Source: a virus. From it: a stretch of DNA of 64,000 bases. Positions 29,798 to 38,832 of this stretch are shown in pieces. The first letter of the stretch is position 1, and each line of letters begins with the position of its first letter. Made by a program: the position numbers and the translations under genes. The stretch lies in IMG/VR virus record IMGVR_UViG_3300045988_183866; one strand, written 5' to 3'. The notes under the pieces were generated by a model that did no database searches, had not been told where the DNA came from, and saw only the letters and a program-made list of their open reading frames with translations.

Positions 29798-30877
29798 ATG
29801 AAAAATATAATGAGAGTGCTTGCTTTTGTAAGTGCGCTGCTTTGTGTAGGATGTATTTCTACACAAGCGTTGACTTCTCTTGGTGATATTGATATTGATA
29901 TCACTCGTGAGTTCAATTACAAGGACCAAGAAGAAGCCGATGCCAATCCTCTTCCGAAGGAAATTGAGGAGAACGGTAATACCTATGTCCTCGACGAAGA
30001 CAGCGTAGATTATCAGCAAAGGGAACTCAATACCAAGTATCAAGAAACCGTAGAATATACGGATTTGACTGTAAAAGAAGTTCCTCAGACCTATACTGTA
30101 ACGCTGGGCGGAGAACAGTATGAATTGCCGCTCGAAGATGTTCAGTACACGGAAGAGCAAGCCGATATTCCCACAGAAATGACAGTAGAGTATAAGGGCG
30201 AAGACAAGAAACCGAACGCCCCGCAAAACAAGACCTTCACTCTTGATGATGGTACGGAAGTTGAAGGCGTTCTGAAAGAGGTCAATGAAGTCGAGGACAC
30301 CGATACATGGGTCGATTTCACGATTGATGGACAAGTCGTAATTCCGGAAGGTGCCACCGCATATGTCTATCTCGGAAAAGTCCACACATACAATCCCGCC
30401 ACACCGCTTTGGGATGGTTATAAGAGCGATTTGATGTCTGCCATCGGTCTGAACAGTGATTCCTATAAAATCACAGGCGGTAAGTGGACAAGCGACCCAG
30501 TAGCGAGGGCAGAAGGCGGATTCTACCGCACACTGTCTATCTACGGTCAAAAGAATACCGGCAAGAGTTATGTAGCTGTATATGAAACCGCTGCACCTAT
30601 CGAAATCAAGTATGTAGCCAGCGCAACCTATTCCATGTCGCTGCTCAGCATCGGTCTTGATGAATCGTTCGGTAACGCTTCTGAACTTACGATTTGCGCG
30701 ATTGCACACTATGTATTGGAACAGGTAGCTAACGCCAATTTCATTGTAGGCGCTGTATATCGAAACAGACTCATCATGCCCGTCATGGCAGTAATCTTTG
30801 GAATTTCTGCAGGCGCATGCGGTTTTGTTGGGTTCTCTAAGGATAGTCGCAAAGAAGAAGACAGCGAAGAAGCCTAA
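29798..30877 (+). CDS. Lipoprotein / secreted protein with a C-terminal hydrophobic segment and an acidic tail
   Basis: The N-terminus MKNIMRVLAFVSALLCVGC carries a lipobox. The C-terminus ..LIMPVMAVIFGISAGACGFVGFSKDSRKEEDSEEA has a hydrophobic stretch. Confidence 0.6.
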   Translation: MKNIMRVLAFVSALLCVGCISTQALTSLGDIDIDITREFNYKDQEEADANPLPKEIEENGNTYVLDEDSVDYQQRELNTKYQETVEYTDLTVKEVPQTYTVTLGGEQYELPLEDVQYTEEQADIPTEMTVEYKGEDKKPNAPQNKTFTLDDGTEVEGVLKEVNEVEDTDTWVDFTIDGQVVIPEGATAYVYLGKVHTYNPATPLWDGYKSDLMSAIGLNSDSYKITGGKWTSDPVARAEGGFYRTLSIYGQKNTGKSYVAVYETAAPIEIKYVASATYSMSLLSIGLDESFGNASELTICAIAHYVLEQVANANFIVGAVYRNRLIMPVMAVIFGISAGACGFVGFSKDSRKEEDSEEA

Positions 30878-30928
30878 CAACACAAAAGAGCAGAAGGCGA
30901 GTGAGAAGTATCTTGCTCGTCTTTTTGA

Positions 30929-30960
30929 TTGATTCGTTTGCTTATTTGTGGTATAATATA
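30929..30960 (+). promoter_or_regulatory. Promoter TTGATT-N16-TGTGGTATAATATA, family 1 copy
   Basis: Conserved extended -10 family, upstream of the small Cys-rich protein and flotillin operon. Confidence 0.6.
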
Positions 30961-30995
30961 ATATATCGATTGGAAAGACAGGGGGAATTCCATTT

Positions 30996-31226
30996 ATGAC
31001 ATCGAACAGCAATACTGGAAGTGCGAGCGAACACGACATTTTTAGAACCTGTTATCAATGCCCACATCGCAAAGCTGGATGTCATTCCGTATGCGAAGGC
31101 TATTCGGCTCGTGTTGCCAAACAGCAGGAGATATATAAAATGCGTTTGGCACAATGTGATGAATATGCATTCAAGAAAGAGGTCGCCAGCAAAGTGTCAA
31201 AGTATTGCAAATCCCATTGCAGATAA
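30996..31226 (+). CDS. Small Cys-rich protein, probably zinc-binding (76 aa)
   Basis: The RBS aggggga precedes the ATG. The sequence contains CYQCPHRKAGCHSVCEGY...CDEY...CKSHC. Confidence 0.5.
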   Translation: MTSNSNTGSASEHDIFRTCYQCPHRKAGCHSVCEGYSARVAKQQEIYKMRLAQCDEYAFKKEVASKVSKYCKSHCR

Positions 31227-31241
31227 GAAAAGGAGTATACC

Positions 31242-32777
31242 ATGTTTTTAGGAATCGTCATTGTCGTATTGTTTGTTTTGTTCGCATTCACATGCTACAA
31301 AAAAGCGCCTCCCACAGCAGCCATCGTTGTGACTGGATTTGGCTTGAAAAAGCCCAAGGTCGTTTGTGGAAAGGGTACATTCGTCATACCTGTGCTGCAG
31401 CGTGCAGATAAGCTGAATATGCGTCTTCTGAAAATTGATGTCAAAACCCCTGAGACGGGTGTCAAGACAAAAGAAGGTGTATCGCTCTGGATTGATTCTG
31501 TTGTAACGATTCAGGTATACAGCGATAATTCTACTGTTCTCGACTCTGAGGTTCAGGCATCTGGTGCAAAGGATGTCAAGGAATATATTACGGGTCGTCA
31601 GCAGTCGGCTATTTCGAACTTCCTTGGCATGGACGAAAAAGGCATCAATGACAAAGTAAATGATGTCTTGCAAGGCAACCTGCGCGAAATCGTTTCGGAT
31701 ATGACGGTTGACCAGATTCTCACAAATCGTAAACAAATGGCGCTGTCAGTAATCGAAAATGCCCGTCCTGACCTTGCAAAGATGGGCCTTGAAGTTGTAA
31801 CCTTCAATGTGCAGGATGTAAAAGACGCCGTCGATGCGCAGGGTCACAATCACGGTGTCATTGAGGCTATTGGTATTGAGCAGGAAGAAGCCGTTAAGAA
31901 ACGTGCAGAGATTGCTCGTGCCGAAGCCGCTCGTGATATTGCTCGCGCAAAGGCTGACGCTGAAATGGCAGCCAATGAAAAGGAAGTTGAAGCCCAGACT
32001 GCTATTGCACAGCGCAACAATGAATTGCAGCTGGCAAAGGCCAAATTGAAGGCCGAGGCTGACAAGGCTGCTGCTGATGCCAACGCTGCAGGACAGATTC
32101 AGACAAATCTTCGCGCCAAGGAAATCAAGGAAGCCGAAGCTGATGCGGAAATTGCAAAGCAGAAGAAGATGGTCGACCTTGCTGCACAGGAAGCCGAGGT
32201 GCAGAAGAGAAAACTGGATGCAGAGGTTCGCAAAGCTGCGGATGCCGAATTGTATAAACGCCAAAAAGAAGCAGAAGCAAAAAAATACGAAGCCGAACGC
32301 GCTGCTGAGGCTCAGAAATTTGCAAAGCAGCAGGAAGCCGAAGGTATTGCCCTTGTAGGTAAGGCAGAAGCTGAGGCTATCCGTCAGAAGGGTATTGCTG
32401 AAGCCGAAGCTATGAAGCAAAAGGCGGAAGCTTACAAGCAGTACAACGATGCCGCTGTCGCTGAAATGCTTATCAAGGTCCTGCCTGATATTGCTAAGAA
32501 TGTGGCTCAGCCCTTGTCCGCAATCGATAAGGTATCTATCATCGGCGGCGATGCATCTGGCGTGTCCGGCGTGTCTGGGAATGTCCCCGTGCTGATGGCA
32601 CAGACTATGCAGACTGTCAAGGAAGCTACCGGTATTGATATGGCCGATATCGTTCGTGCGAACAGTATCAATGCTAAGACCGACCGCAATATCAACATTC
32701 ACGGTTTGCCTGCAATCGAGAAGGCTGATGACAATGCACACATCGAACCTGACGAAAGCGCAAGCGATATAAAATAA
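31242..32777 (+). CDS. floT: Flotillin-like SPFH/band-7 domain protein (FloT/YuaG-like)
   Basis: It has an N-terminal TM helix and an SPFH-like region. A long Ala/Glu/Lys-rich coiled coil follows (AEIARAEAARDIARAKADAEMAANEKEVEAQTAIAQR...), typical of flotillin repeats. Confidence 0.75.
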   Translation: MFLGIVIVVLFVLFAFTCYKKAPPTAAIVVTGFGLKKPKVVCGKGTFVIPVLQRADKLNMRLLKIDVKTPETGVKTKEGVSLWIDSVVTIQVYSDNSTVLDSEVQASGAKDVKEYITGRQQSAISNFLGMDEKGINDKVNDVLQGNLREIVSDMTVDQILTNRKQMALSVIENARPDLAKMGLEVVTFNVQDVKDAVDAQGHNHGVIEAIGIEQEEAVKKRAEIARAEAARDIARAKADAEMAANEKEVEAQTAIAQRNNELQLAKAKLKAEADKAAADANAAGQIQTNLRAKEIKEAEADAEIAKQKKMVDLAAQEAEVQKRKLDAEVRKAADAELYKRQKEAEAKKYEAERAAEAQKFAKQQEAEGIALVGKAEAEAIRQKGIAEAEAMKQKAEAYKQYNDAAVAEMLIKVLPDIAKNVAQPLSAIDKVSIIGGDASGVSGVSGNVPVLMAQTMQTVKEATGIDMADIVRANSINAKTDRNINIHGLPAIEKADDNAHIEPDESASDIK

Positions 32778-32802
32778 TTTGCTCAAAAAAATATAACTTC
32801 AG

Positions 32803-32842
32803 CCGTCGTAAATGCGAAAACTAACATTTGCGACGGTTTTTG
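32803..32842 (+). terminator. Rho-independent terminator
   Basis: Hairpin ccgtcgtaaatg-cgaaaactaa-catttgcgacgg followed by T5. Confidence 0.7.
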
Positions 32843-32845
32843 TCG

Positions 32846-32877
32846 TTGACTACCTTGTTTTAATGTGGTATAATATA
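32846..32877 (+). promoter_or_regulatory. Promoter TTGACT-N12-TGTGGTATAATATA, family 1 copy
   Basis: Conserved extended -10 family. Confidence 0.65.
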
Positions 32878-33038
32878 GATATGTTCAAGATGAACAGGGA
32901 ATATCGGTGATATTTCTATGGTGGAACAGCGCAGAAGAACATCTGTGCGATTTTTTACGCAGTTTTTTGATGTTGACTATATTAGAATAAATAGGCAATA
33001 TCATACGAATCAACAAGCAAACACGGGGGACAGATTCA

Positions 33039-33758
33039 ATGGTAGAAAAACGTTATGTAGCAAAGAAAAGAATTCCGGAGTATTGCCCTTTCGGGTCAGT
33101 TATGTCCCTGAAAGTAGAAAGTGAAAACGATGCGCCTGCATGTTTTGGCCGTGTCGTTGGCTATCAGTACGAGGGTTCTGACGAAGTCGTTTCAACGATT
33201 GAGGGCGACAATCTGAAAGCCAAGGGCGAGAGAATTATTGACCGTCTTATGTACGACGGCTATCTCGTCAAACATCAGACTGTCAAGAAGATTGACAATC
33301 TCGGCACCGTCAACGTTACACAGTACGGAATCATGTACGAGGCAGAGAGTGCAGCGCAGCACAAGGGAACTCCTACGCACGGAATTCCGTCACCGACAGC
33401 GGGACAGTTCATCTGTACCTTTGAACTTCTGATGGTTACGGAAATCAACGGAGAGCTTTACGAGCGGTACATCACCATCCGTAAGAAAACGCCTCCGGTA
33501 TTCCGGTTCACTACAACCGATTTCTTCTGCAACATGGGTAGTTATATTACCACGATGCTGTGCAGAGGAGAGAGTGGATTCAAAATGCTGGATACCGATG
33601 ACAATCCGAATCGCTGCTCTGCTCAGTTCTATGATACCTTTGGCGAGAAGAAGAACATCATCTTCAATAGCACCAAAGACCTGCTTGCTACCATTGTTTC
33701 TGTAAGGCTTGTTGATGTAAAGCCATTCGAGGTTGCTGAAAGCAGCATCGCAGGATAA
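33039..33758 (+). CDS. Hypothetical protein (239 aa)
   Basis: The RBS gggggac precedes the ATG, and the ORF has coding periodicity. No family was recognised. Confidence 0.5.
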   Translation: MVEKRYVAKKRIPEYCPFGSVMSLKVESENDAPACFGRVVGYQYEGSDEVVSTIEGDNLKAKGERIIDRLMYDGYLVKHQTVKKIDNLGTVNVTQYGIMYEAESAAQHKGTPTHGIPSPTAGQFICTFELLMVTEINGELYERYITIRKKTPPVFRFTTTDFFCNMGSYITTMLCRGESGFKMLDTDDNPNRCSAQFYDTFGEKKNIIFNSTKDLLATIVSVRLVDVKPFEVAESSIAG

Positions 33759-33777
33759 GCAGAAACGGTGGTAGACC

Positions 33778-34416
33778 ATGAGCAAAAAGAAATTCTACGT
33801 ACTTCAAAGCGACGCAGATACTCTCCCCGCAGAGATGAAGGGAATTTATACAGGAGATGAGTTCCCTGAATATAAGGGTGCGGAAACAATCACCTTTAAC
33901 AACAAGACTTACATCAACGGATTGGATTATCAAACCGTTAAGTCCGGAAAACATGTCCGAATCGAAGAATGCCCTATTTGCAATAGGCTTTCTATCATAT
34001 ATGCGCGGGGTGTATGCAAAGCCTGTGCGCAACGAACATTGTACAGGCACAGAAGAGATAAGACCGGCGATGTCATGACAGAACGGAATATCCGCGAAGC
34101 AAACATTGCCTTCCGTAAGGGTTGGCCCGTGAATATCATTTGCGGGCTGGACGGGGTCAGGTATAACATCGACGATTATCCTTATTCGAAAAAAGAAGAA
34201 GCGAAAATTGTCGATGCTATTCTTTCAATCAGAGATACGACTGTTACGGATTATCTCTTGAAGCATTACAAAGACGGCATCAAGTATTCTGATATGGCTT
34301 ATGCCGAAAACAAAAGTAAGCAGAATGCACATGGCTTTGGCAGAAGACGCCTTGCATATGTGCGGAACATTCTCAGAACCAAGGGGCTTTTAAAAGGCCC
34401 AAAAACCACGAAATAA
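33778..34416 (+). CDS. Hypothetical protein with a zinc-ribbon (CPICN...CKAC)
   Basis: CxxC-N13-CxxC motif, with no other recognisable domain. Confidence 0.5.
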   Translation: MSKKKFYVLQSDADTLPAEMKGIYTGDEFPEYKGAETITFNNKTYINGLDYQTVKSGKHVRIEECPICNRLSIIYARGVCKACAQRTLYRHRRDKTGDVMTERNIREANIAFRKGWPVNIICGLDGVRYNIDDYPYSKKEEAKIVDAILSIRDTTVTDYLLKHYKDGIKYSDMAYAENKSKQNAHGFGRRRLAYVRNILRTKGLLKGPKTTK

Positions 34417-34445
34417 ACATCATCAATCGTAAGGGGAAGATTGCC

Positions 34446-34964
34446 ATGAACAGCGTAGAAACGAAAACAACGGATAAGACTTATGCAGTCAAGAATACTC
34501 ACAAACAGGAATGGGAGACGCCTCAGGGGCTTTTCGATGACCTGAACAAGGAATATGGTTTCACTCTGGATGCGGCTGCATCGGACAAAAATCATAAATG
34601 CAAGAAATATTACACGGAGCGTGTCGATGGTCTCTTGCAGGACTGGAAAGGTGAAACAGTATTTTGTAATCCCCCGACAGGGCACAAGTCCTTTAAGTTG
34701 TGGGTGCGCAAGGCGTACGAGGAGTCAAGGAAAAGGAATACCACGGTCGTCATGCTTTTACCCGTTTCTACGGACTCTGACTGGTTCCAGAGATACATTT
34801 ATGGACAGCAGGGAGTAAGGGTAAAGTTTCTGCCTGCCAGAATCAAGATGACGAACCCTTATCTGTTCATTGACTCTGAGAATCGGAAAGAGACTATCGG
34901 CAGTCGTCGTCCTTCTATGATTGTTGAGTTCACAAACAAAAAGCGTAAGTTCTCGATTATTTAA
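34446..34964 (+). CDS. Phage-type DNA N6-adenine methyltransferase (Dam, PF05869-like)
   Basis: EWETPQGLFDDLNKEYGFTLDAAASDKNHKCKKYYTERVDGLLQDWKGETVFCNPPTGH...VVMLLPVSTDSDWFQRYIY..VKFLPARIKM matches the phage Dam family pattern (WxTPxxLF..L...FxLDxAA..N.....YYT...DGL...W...vF.NPPY). Here the motif reads NPPT rather than NPPY. Confidence 0.75.
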   Translation: MNSVETKTTDKTYAVKNTHKQEWETPQGLFDDLNKEYGFTLDAAASDKNHKCKKYYTERVDGLLQDWKGETVFCNPPTGHKSFKLWVRKAYEESRKRNTTVVMLLPVSTDSDWFQRYIYGQQGVRVKFLPARIKMTNPYLFIDSENRKETIGSRRPSMIVEFTNKKRKFSII

Positions 34965-35048
34965 GCGAGGCAAACAGGCCATACCGCCATTTCTTATAGG
35001 AAATAGAGCGCATGGCCTTTTTGCCGTATTTAGAGTGAGGGTTAAATC

Positions 35049-35330
35049 ATGTACGGAAAATTTGGCTGTGGCGTAACACATGAACAGGCTGTAGAGGAAT
35101 TCAACGGAGGAAAAACGGTCGTTCAGATTGCCAGAAAGTATGGTATCACAACAAAGGAAGTAAAGACCATTCTTCGGGAAGGCGAAATCGAAAAGAAGAA
35201 AGAAGAGAAGAAAACCGTCAAAGCCCAACACGGTGTTATTTGCAGTCGGGCGCACTGCGAGTGGGGCAATAACACATACGGCGTCTGTTGCCTTCCTTGT
35301 TGTATGAAAAATAAAGTCCATCGAACTTAA
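35049..35330 (+). CDS. Small protein with a possible HTH and a Cys-rich C-terminus
   Basis: TVVQIARKYGITTKEVKTIL is HTH-like. The C-terminus is CSRAHCEWGNNTYGVCCLPCC. Confidence 0.4.
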   Translation: MYGKFGCGVTHEQAVEEFNGGKTVVQIARKYGITTKEVKTILREGEIEKKKEEKKTVKAQHGVICSRAHCEWGNNTYGVCCLPCCMKNKVHRT

Positions 35331-35354
35331 ACTGCCGGTGAAGGAGTTGATAAC

Positions 35355-37025
35355 TTGGTTACACAGAATGTGATTAACGGCTTTGTGATTCCTGATGATA
35401 TTGCTGAAATCAGGGATTTCCCGCGAGAATTTAAAATCAGCACCGTTGATTTCGTGTATCAGCGAATTGCTTTTCTAATCGAGTGCTTTCCTCTGAGGAA
35501 GGAAATCATTGAACTGGCTCAGTCAGACAATGATTGCCAGAAGATGAAAAGGAAAATCCTTAAAGGCGAAAATGACCTTACCATCATTCTTGCAGGGAAT
35601 GATGGATTGACAGATACGGCACTTGACATCCTTTCGTATCTGGTCATCAAAGCCGATAAGACGAATCCCACGCTGTACCAGATTGTAAAGAAAATCGACG
35701 GCGAATCGGATAAGCTATTCGAAAAGATGTTCCACGAGAATGATTTGAGTAAGAGAACCATTACGCGTGGATTTAAGGCTGCATTGGACATTTTTCAGGC
35801 AGCATCCGTAAAGGACGGAGACAGTATCAGGAAAATCGTCAAAGATTTCGATAACTCCTTCTCTGACAGCGGCACGGAAGCGATGATGGCCTTTGTGAAA
35901 GAAGCAGTGTCCGATATCTGGGATGTCGCTACACTCGGCGATATGATTTATGCGCTGCGATACGACAGTGACTGTAACAGCTGGGATATGCCGGAAATGG
36001 CGGATTTCTTTACGCAAGCCGTCAAGAATGGCGTCGCTCCTGCACCTCCGTTAAATGTGTCCAGTCGTCCGCGTATCGATATGTGTATGAGTTCTTTCCG
36101 GATTTCCACCAGTATTGGTGTCAATCATCATTCGCTTTATAAGTTCCCTATCACGGAGAAAATGAAAGAGCGAATTTGCGCAATTATGGCAATGAGCTGC
36201 ACAGTAGACCCGAGAAAGATGGTACATAGAGCGTCTATCGACAGAGGAATTCGTGATGCTTATATTGCTCTTGTCTGGCAATATGTTGTTTCTTCTTTTG
36301 GAGAAAAGCAGCAAAAGAATGCAATTCTCGAAAAGAGCACTACAATCTATAACCAGAGAAAACTGAGAAAACGCGAACTCGAAAACAAAAAATACGAGGA
36401 GCAGCTAAAGCAAAAGGCTTCCGAAGTCAAAAAGGAAGTGGCTGAGGCAAGCACAAACGCCAAACTGGAAAAGGTCAAGAAAGAACTTTACGATTTCAAG
36501 GCCACATCCATGAAACGAGAAACGGCTTTGCGCAAAAAGAACGATGATGCCGAGAGTAGAATCCATGAACTGGAAAAGCTGTTGGCGAACGCAGAGCGAA
36601 AGCTCATTCAGCTTCGGCCAGAAACTTCCGAGTTTGATGACTTTGATGATTCCGATGCAGGTATCTGTGAACAGGAAACAGAAGTCATAGACTATCATAA
36701 AGAGCTGAATCAGATGGCAAAGAACAAGAAAATTGTTTTCTGCGGTGGACAGCAGAACTTTGTCAACATGCTTCGTAATGCACAGCCGGACATCTCGTAT
36801 GTTGACCAGTGTAATCTGGCTACCTGCGATGCGCTTATCGCAAACAGTGACATTGTTATTTTCCGTGTTACACAGATGAGTCATTCTTTGTACGGAAAGG
36901 CGAAGCAGATTTGTAAGGCTCGTGGTATTCGATTCGAGCATCTGCCAAATGTTACATCTATTCCTCTTACAGAGGAGTTAATCTATACACTCATCACGAA
37001 AAAGGAGGCAACCGGTAATGAGTAA
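35355..37025 (+). CDS. Hypothetical protein (556 aa) with a central coiled coil
   Basis: A TTG start sits 8 nt after the RBS aaggag. The coiled-coil segment is KLRKRELENKKYEEQLKQKASEVKKEVAEAS... Confidence 0.5.
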   Translation: MVTQNVINGFVIPDDIAEIRDFPREFKISTVDFVYQRIAFLIECFPLRKEIIELAQSDNDCQKMKRKILKGENDLTIILAGNDGLTDTALDILSYLVIKADKTNPTLYQIVKKIDGESDKLFEKMFHENDLSKRTITRGFKAALDIFQAASVKDGDSIRKIVKDFDNSFSDSGTEAMMAFVKEAVSDIWDVATLGDMIYALRYDSDCNSWDMPEMADFFTQAVKNGVAPAPPLNVSSRPRIDMCMSSFRISTSIGVNHHSLYKFPITEKMKERICAIMAMSCTVDPRKMVHRASIDRGIRDAYIALVWQYVVSSFGEKQQKNAILEKSTTIYNQRKLRKRELENKKYEEQLKQKASEVKKEVAEASTNAKLEKVKKELYDFKATSMKRETALRKKNDDAESRIHELEKLLANAERKLIQLRPETSEFDDFDDSDAGICEQETEVIDYHKELNQMAKNKKIVFCGGQQNFVNMLRNAQPDISYVDQCNLATCDALIANSDIVIFRVTQMSHSLYGKAKQICKARGIRFEHLPNVTSIPLTEELIYTLITKKEATGNE

Positions 37026-38367
37026 GGAGTCTTATATCGCCGAGTCTGAGGCGTTGAATAAGCTGTTCAACAATATGACACAGCGCAAAGTTGATGCCGC
37101 AGAAAAGGAAAAACTCAAGAAGGAGGAGAATAAGGGGGAACAGGTGGAAGCAAAGAAGCCTCTGCAGGCAGCTCCCACGACATCTCGTCCGATTCACTCT
37201 GAGTATCTCGAAAAGAAAAAGAAAGAAGAAGAAGAAGCAAAGCGCATTGAGGAGGCTCGCCGCGCAAAGATGCGCAAGCAAATTGAAAAGGAAGAAGCCG
37301 AAAAGGCAGAGCAGGAACGTAAGCTTGCGGAAGAACGCAAGAAGCAGGAAGCTGAAAGGAAGAAGAAAGAGGAAGAACGTCTCGCAAATCTTTTCGGTGT
37401 CACCGCTAAGAAAGAGCCAAAACCGCAATCAAATCCCGTCGTCAAGCCTGCAACAAAGGATGAACCCGTAAAAGAAGAATCTCTTCCTGTAAAGGACGAA
37501 TCCAAGAATGAGGCTACCGAGTCTAAAACGAAGGAAGCGCTCCATGTTTTTGAAACGGTTCTGAACAAAACGGAAGAAAACGAACAAGGGCCGAAAGATG
37601 CCGAACCGGAACAGAAGAAGGTTGCTCCGGTGATTGCAAAGCCTTCTGTTTCCGAACAGATTTCGGAACAGCCTAAGCCTCCTGTCATTCCGGTTAAGGA
37701 TAAAAAGCCCGTGACAGATAAGACGGCTTCTGCACCGGAAATGAAGTCAGAGGCGAAACCCGTTCAGAAGCCTGTTTCACAGCCTGCACAGCGCACAGAA
37801 TCTTCTCAGAAAGGGAATAGTGCAATCATGGCTCGTGGACAGTCCGGTATGCAGATGGAGAAGCCTAAGACAGACAAGCTTTCTATTACCGGCATTGTTC
37901 CGATGAAGAGCGACCGTGGTTCAAAATATGATTCCGCCATGAAGGCTTCGAATGCATTCCGTACGAATGTATTCCTCACTTGCGTTTACAACGACGAGAC
38001 GCGTGAAGGCGCTTACGGTATCGTGGTAGATATGGGAGACAAGCGAATCATCCACGGTATGTGTGGACACACGAGCGATGAATGGGAGTACGGCTTTGCC
38101 GGAGCTATCGAGGCTATGCGTATCTGCACGGAAAACAACGTGAAGGAAATCATGTTTGTTGTACTGGACCCGCTTTGCGAAATTCTACAGCAAAACGCCG
38201 ATGGTCTTCGTTGGGGGTATTCGTACACCCGTTCTCAGTTTACGAAGGCTATCGACGTTTTGAAGAGGGAAGCTGCTATCGGTTTTATCCCGGAGCACGT
38301 TGAGAGCGAGTTTCAAGACCTTGCTGAGACAATCGCTAAGACGCTGGTTTTTCCGGTAAACGATTAA
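37018..38367 (+). CDS. Lys/Glu-rich protein with a C-terminal RNase H-like (RVT_3-like) domain
   Basis: C-terminal EGAYGIVVDMGDKRIIHGMCGHTSDEWEYGFAGAIEAMRICTENNVKEIMFVVLDPL fits an RNase H-like fold pattern. The N-terminal half is highly charged and low-complexity. Confidence 0.45.
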   Translation: MSKESYIAESEALNKLFNNMTQRKVDAAEKEKLKKEENKGEQVEAKKPLQAAPTTSRPIHSEYLEKKKKEEEEAKRIEEARRAKMRKQIEKEEAEKAEQERKLAEERKKQEAERKKKEEERLANLFGVTAKKEPKPQSNPVVKPATKDEPVKEESLPVKDESKNEATESKTKEALHVFETVLNKTEENEQGPKDAEPEQKKVAPVIAKPSVSEQISEQPKPPVIPVKDKKPVTDKTASAPEMKSEAKPVQKPVSQPAQRTESSQKGNSAIMARGQSGMQMEKPKTDKLSITGIVPMKSDRGSKYDSAMKASNAFRTNVFLTCVYNDETREGAYGIVVDMGDKRIIHGMCGHTSDEWEYGFAGAIEAMRICTENNVKEIMFVVLDPLCEILQQNADGLRWGYSYTRSQFTKAIDVLKREAAIGFIPEHVESEFQDLAETIAKTLVFPVND

Positions 38368-38594
38368 CCGTTCCTGTCATTGGAAATACCAAGCAGCCAG
38401 TCAGACGAAACATGTAAGGCTTTTGCTAAATTGCATAGCATTTGTGCTCGCGGCATCGTCTTTCCTGACTCCCATTTTTGGATGCAGCGATAGGAACAAT
38501 TCGTGCTTGCCGCCAACTGTTCTTGGCTGTAATTGATTTCCATTCGTTGCTTTTTGATTCGCTTTCCTACCATGGTATCAAAGGTGGATGGCAT
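38364..38594 (-). CDS. XRE-family helix-turn-helix transcriptional regulator (Cro/CI-like, 76 aa)
   Basis: MVGKRIKKQRMEINYSQEQLAASTNCSYRCIQKWESGKTMPRAQMLCNLAKAL is a canonical XRE HTH. It is one of only two minus-strand genes in the island and is divergent from the par genes. Confidence 0.8.
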   Translation of the reverse strand: MPSTFDTMVGKRIKKQRMEINYSQEQLAASTNCSYRCIQKWESGKTMPRAQMLCNLAKALHVSSDWLLGISNDRNG

Positions 38595-38832
38595 AAATAA
38601 CTCCTTTCTTTTTTGTTGTCTATGCGAACAAAAGTTCGTTGCTGGACAACTGCATGTGTGGTATCATGATAACAACAGGCAGTTGTATATTAGTTGTTCT
38701 TTCCGTTTTAACAACCGCTATACATCAGTCAGTGAGTCCCATTGTTATCTGGTAGACACTTATATTTTATCACGCAGAGTATCCCAAAATTCGTACTTTC
38801 AACTATATTGCGACTCGTTCGGAGGATTTTTT

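Noticed and set aside
29777-32786. Minus-strand ORFs 29777-31039 (420 aa) and 31746-32786 (346 aa)
   Set aside because: They overlap well-supported + strand genes (lipoprotein, flotillin). They lack RBS sequences. Their translations are F/L/I-rich nonsense typical of the antisense of A-rich coding DNA.
32918-33124. 68-aa ORF overlapping the promoter/5'UTR of the gene at 33039
   Set aside because: It starts inside the promoter-proximal region, overlaps the downstream gene's RBS out of frame, and has no RBS of its own.
38533-38832. N-terminal 100-codon extension of the ParM ORF
   Set aside because: The extension is Cys/Phe-rich nonsense with no RBS. A strong RBS (ggagg) precedes the ATG at 38833, where the actin-fold phosphate-1 motif begins.
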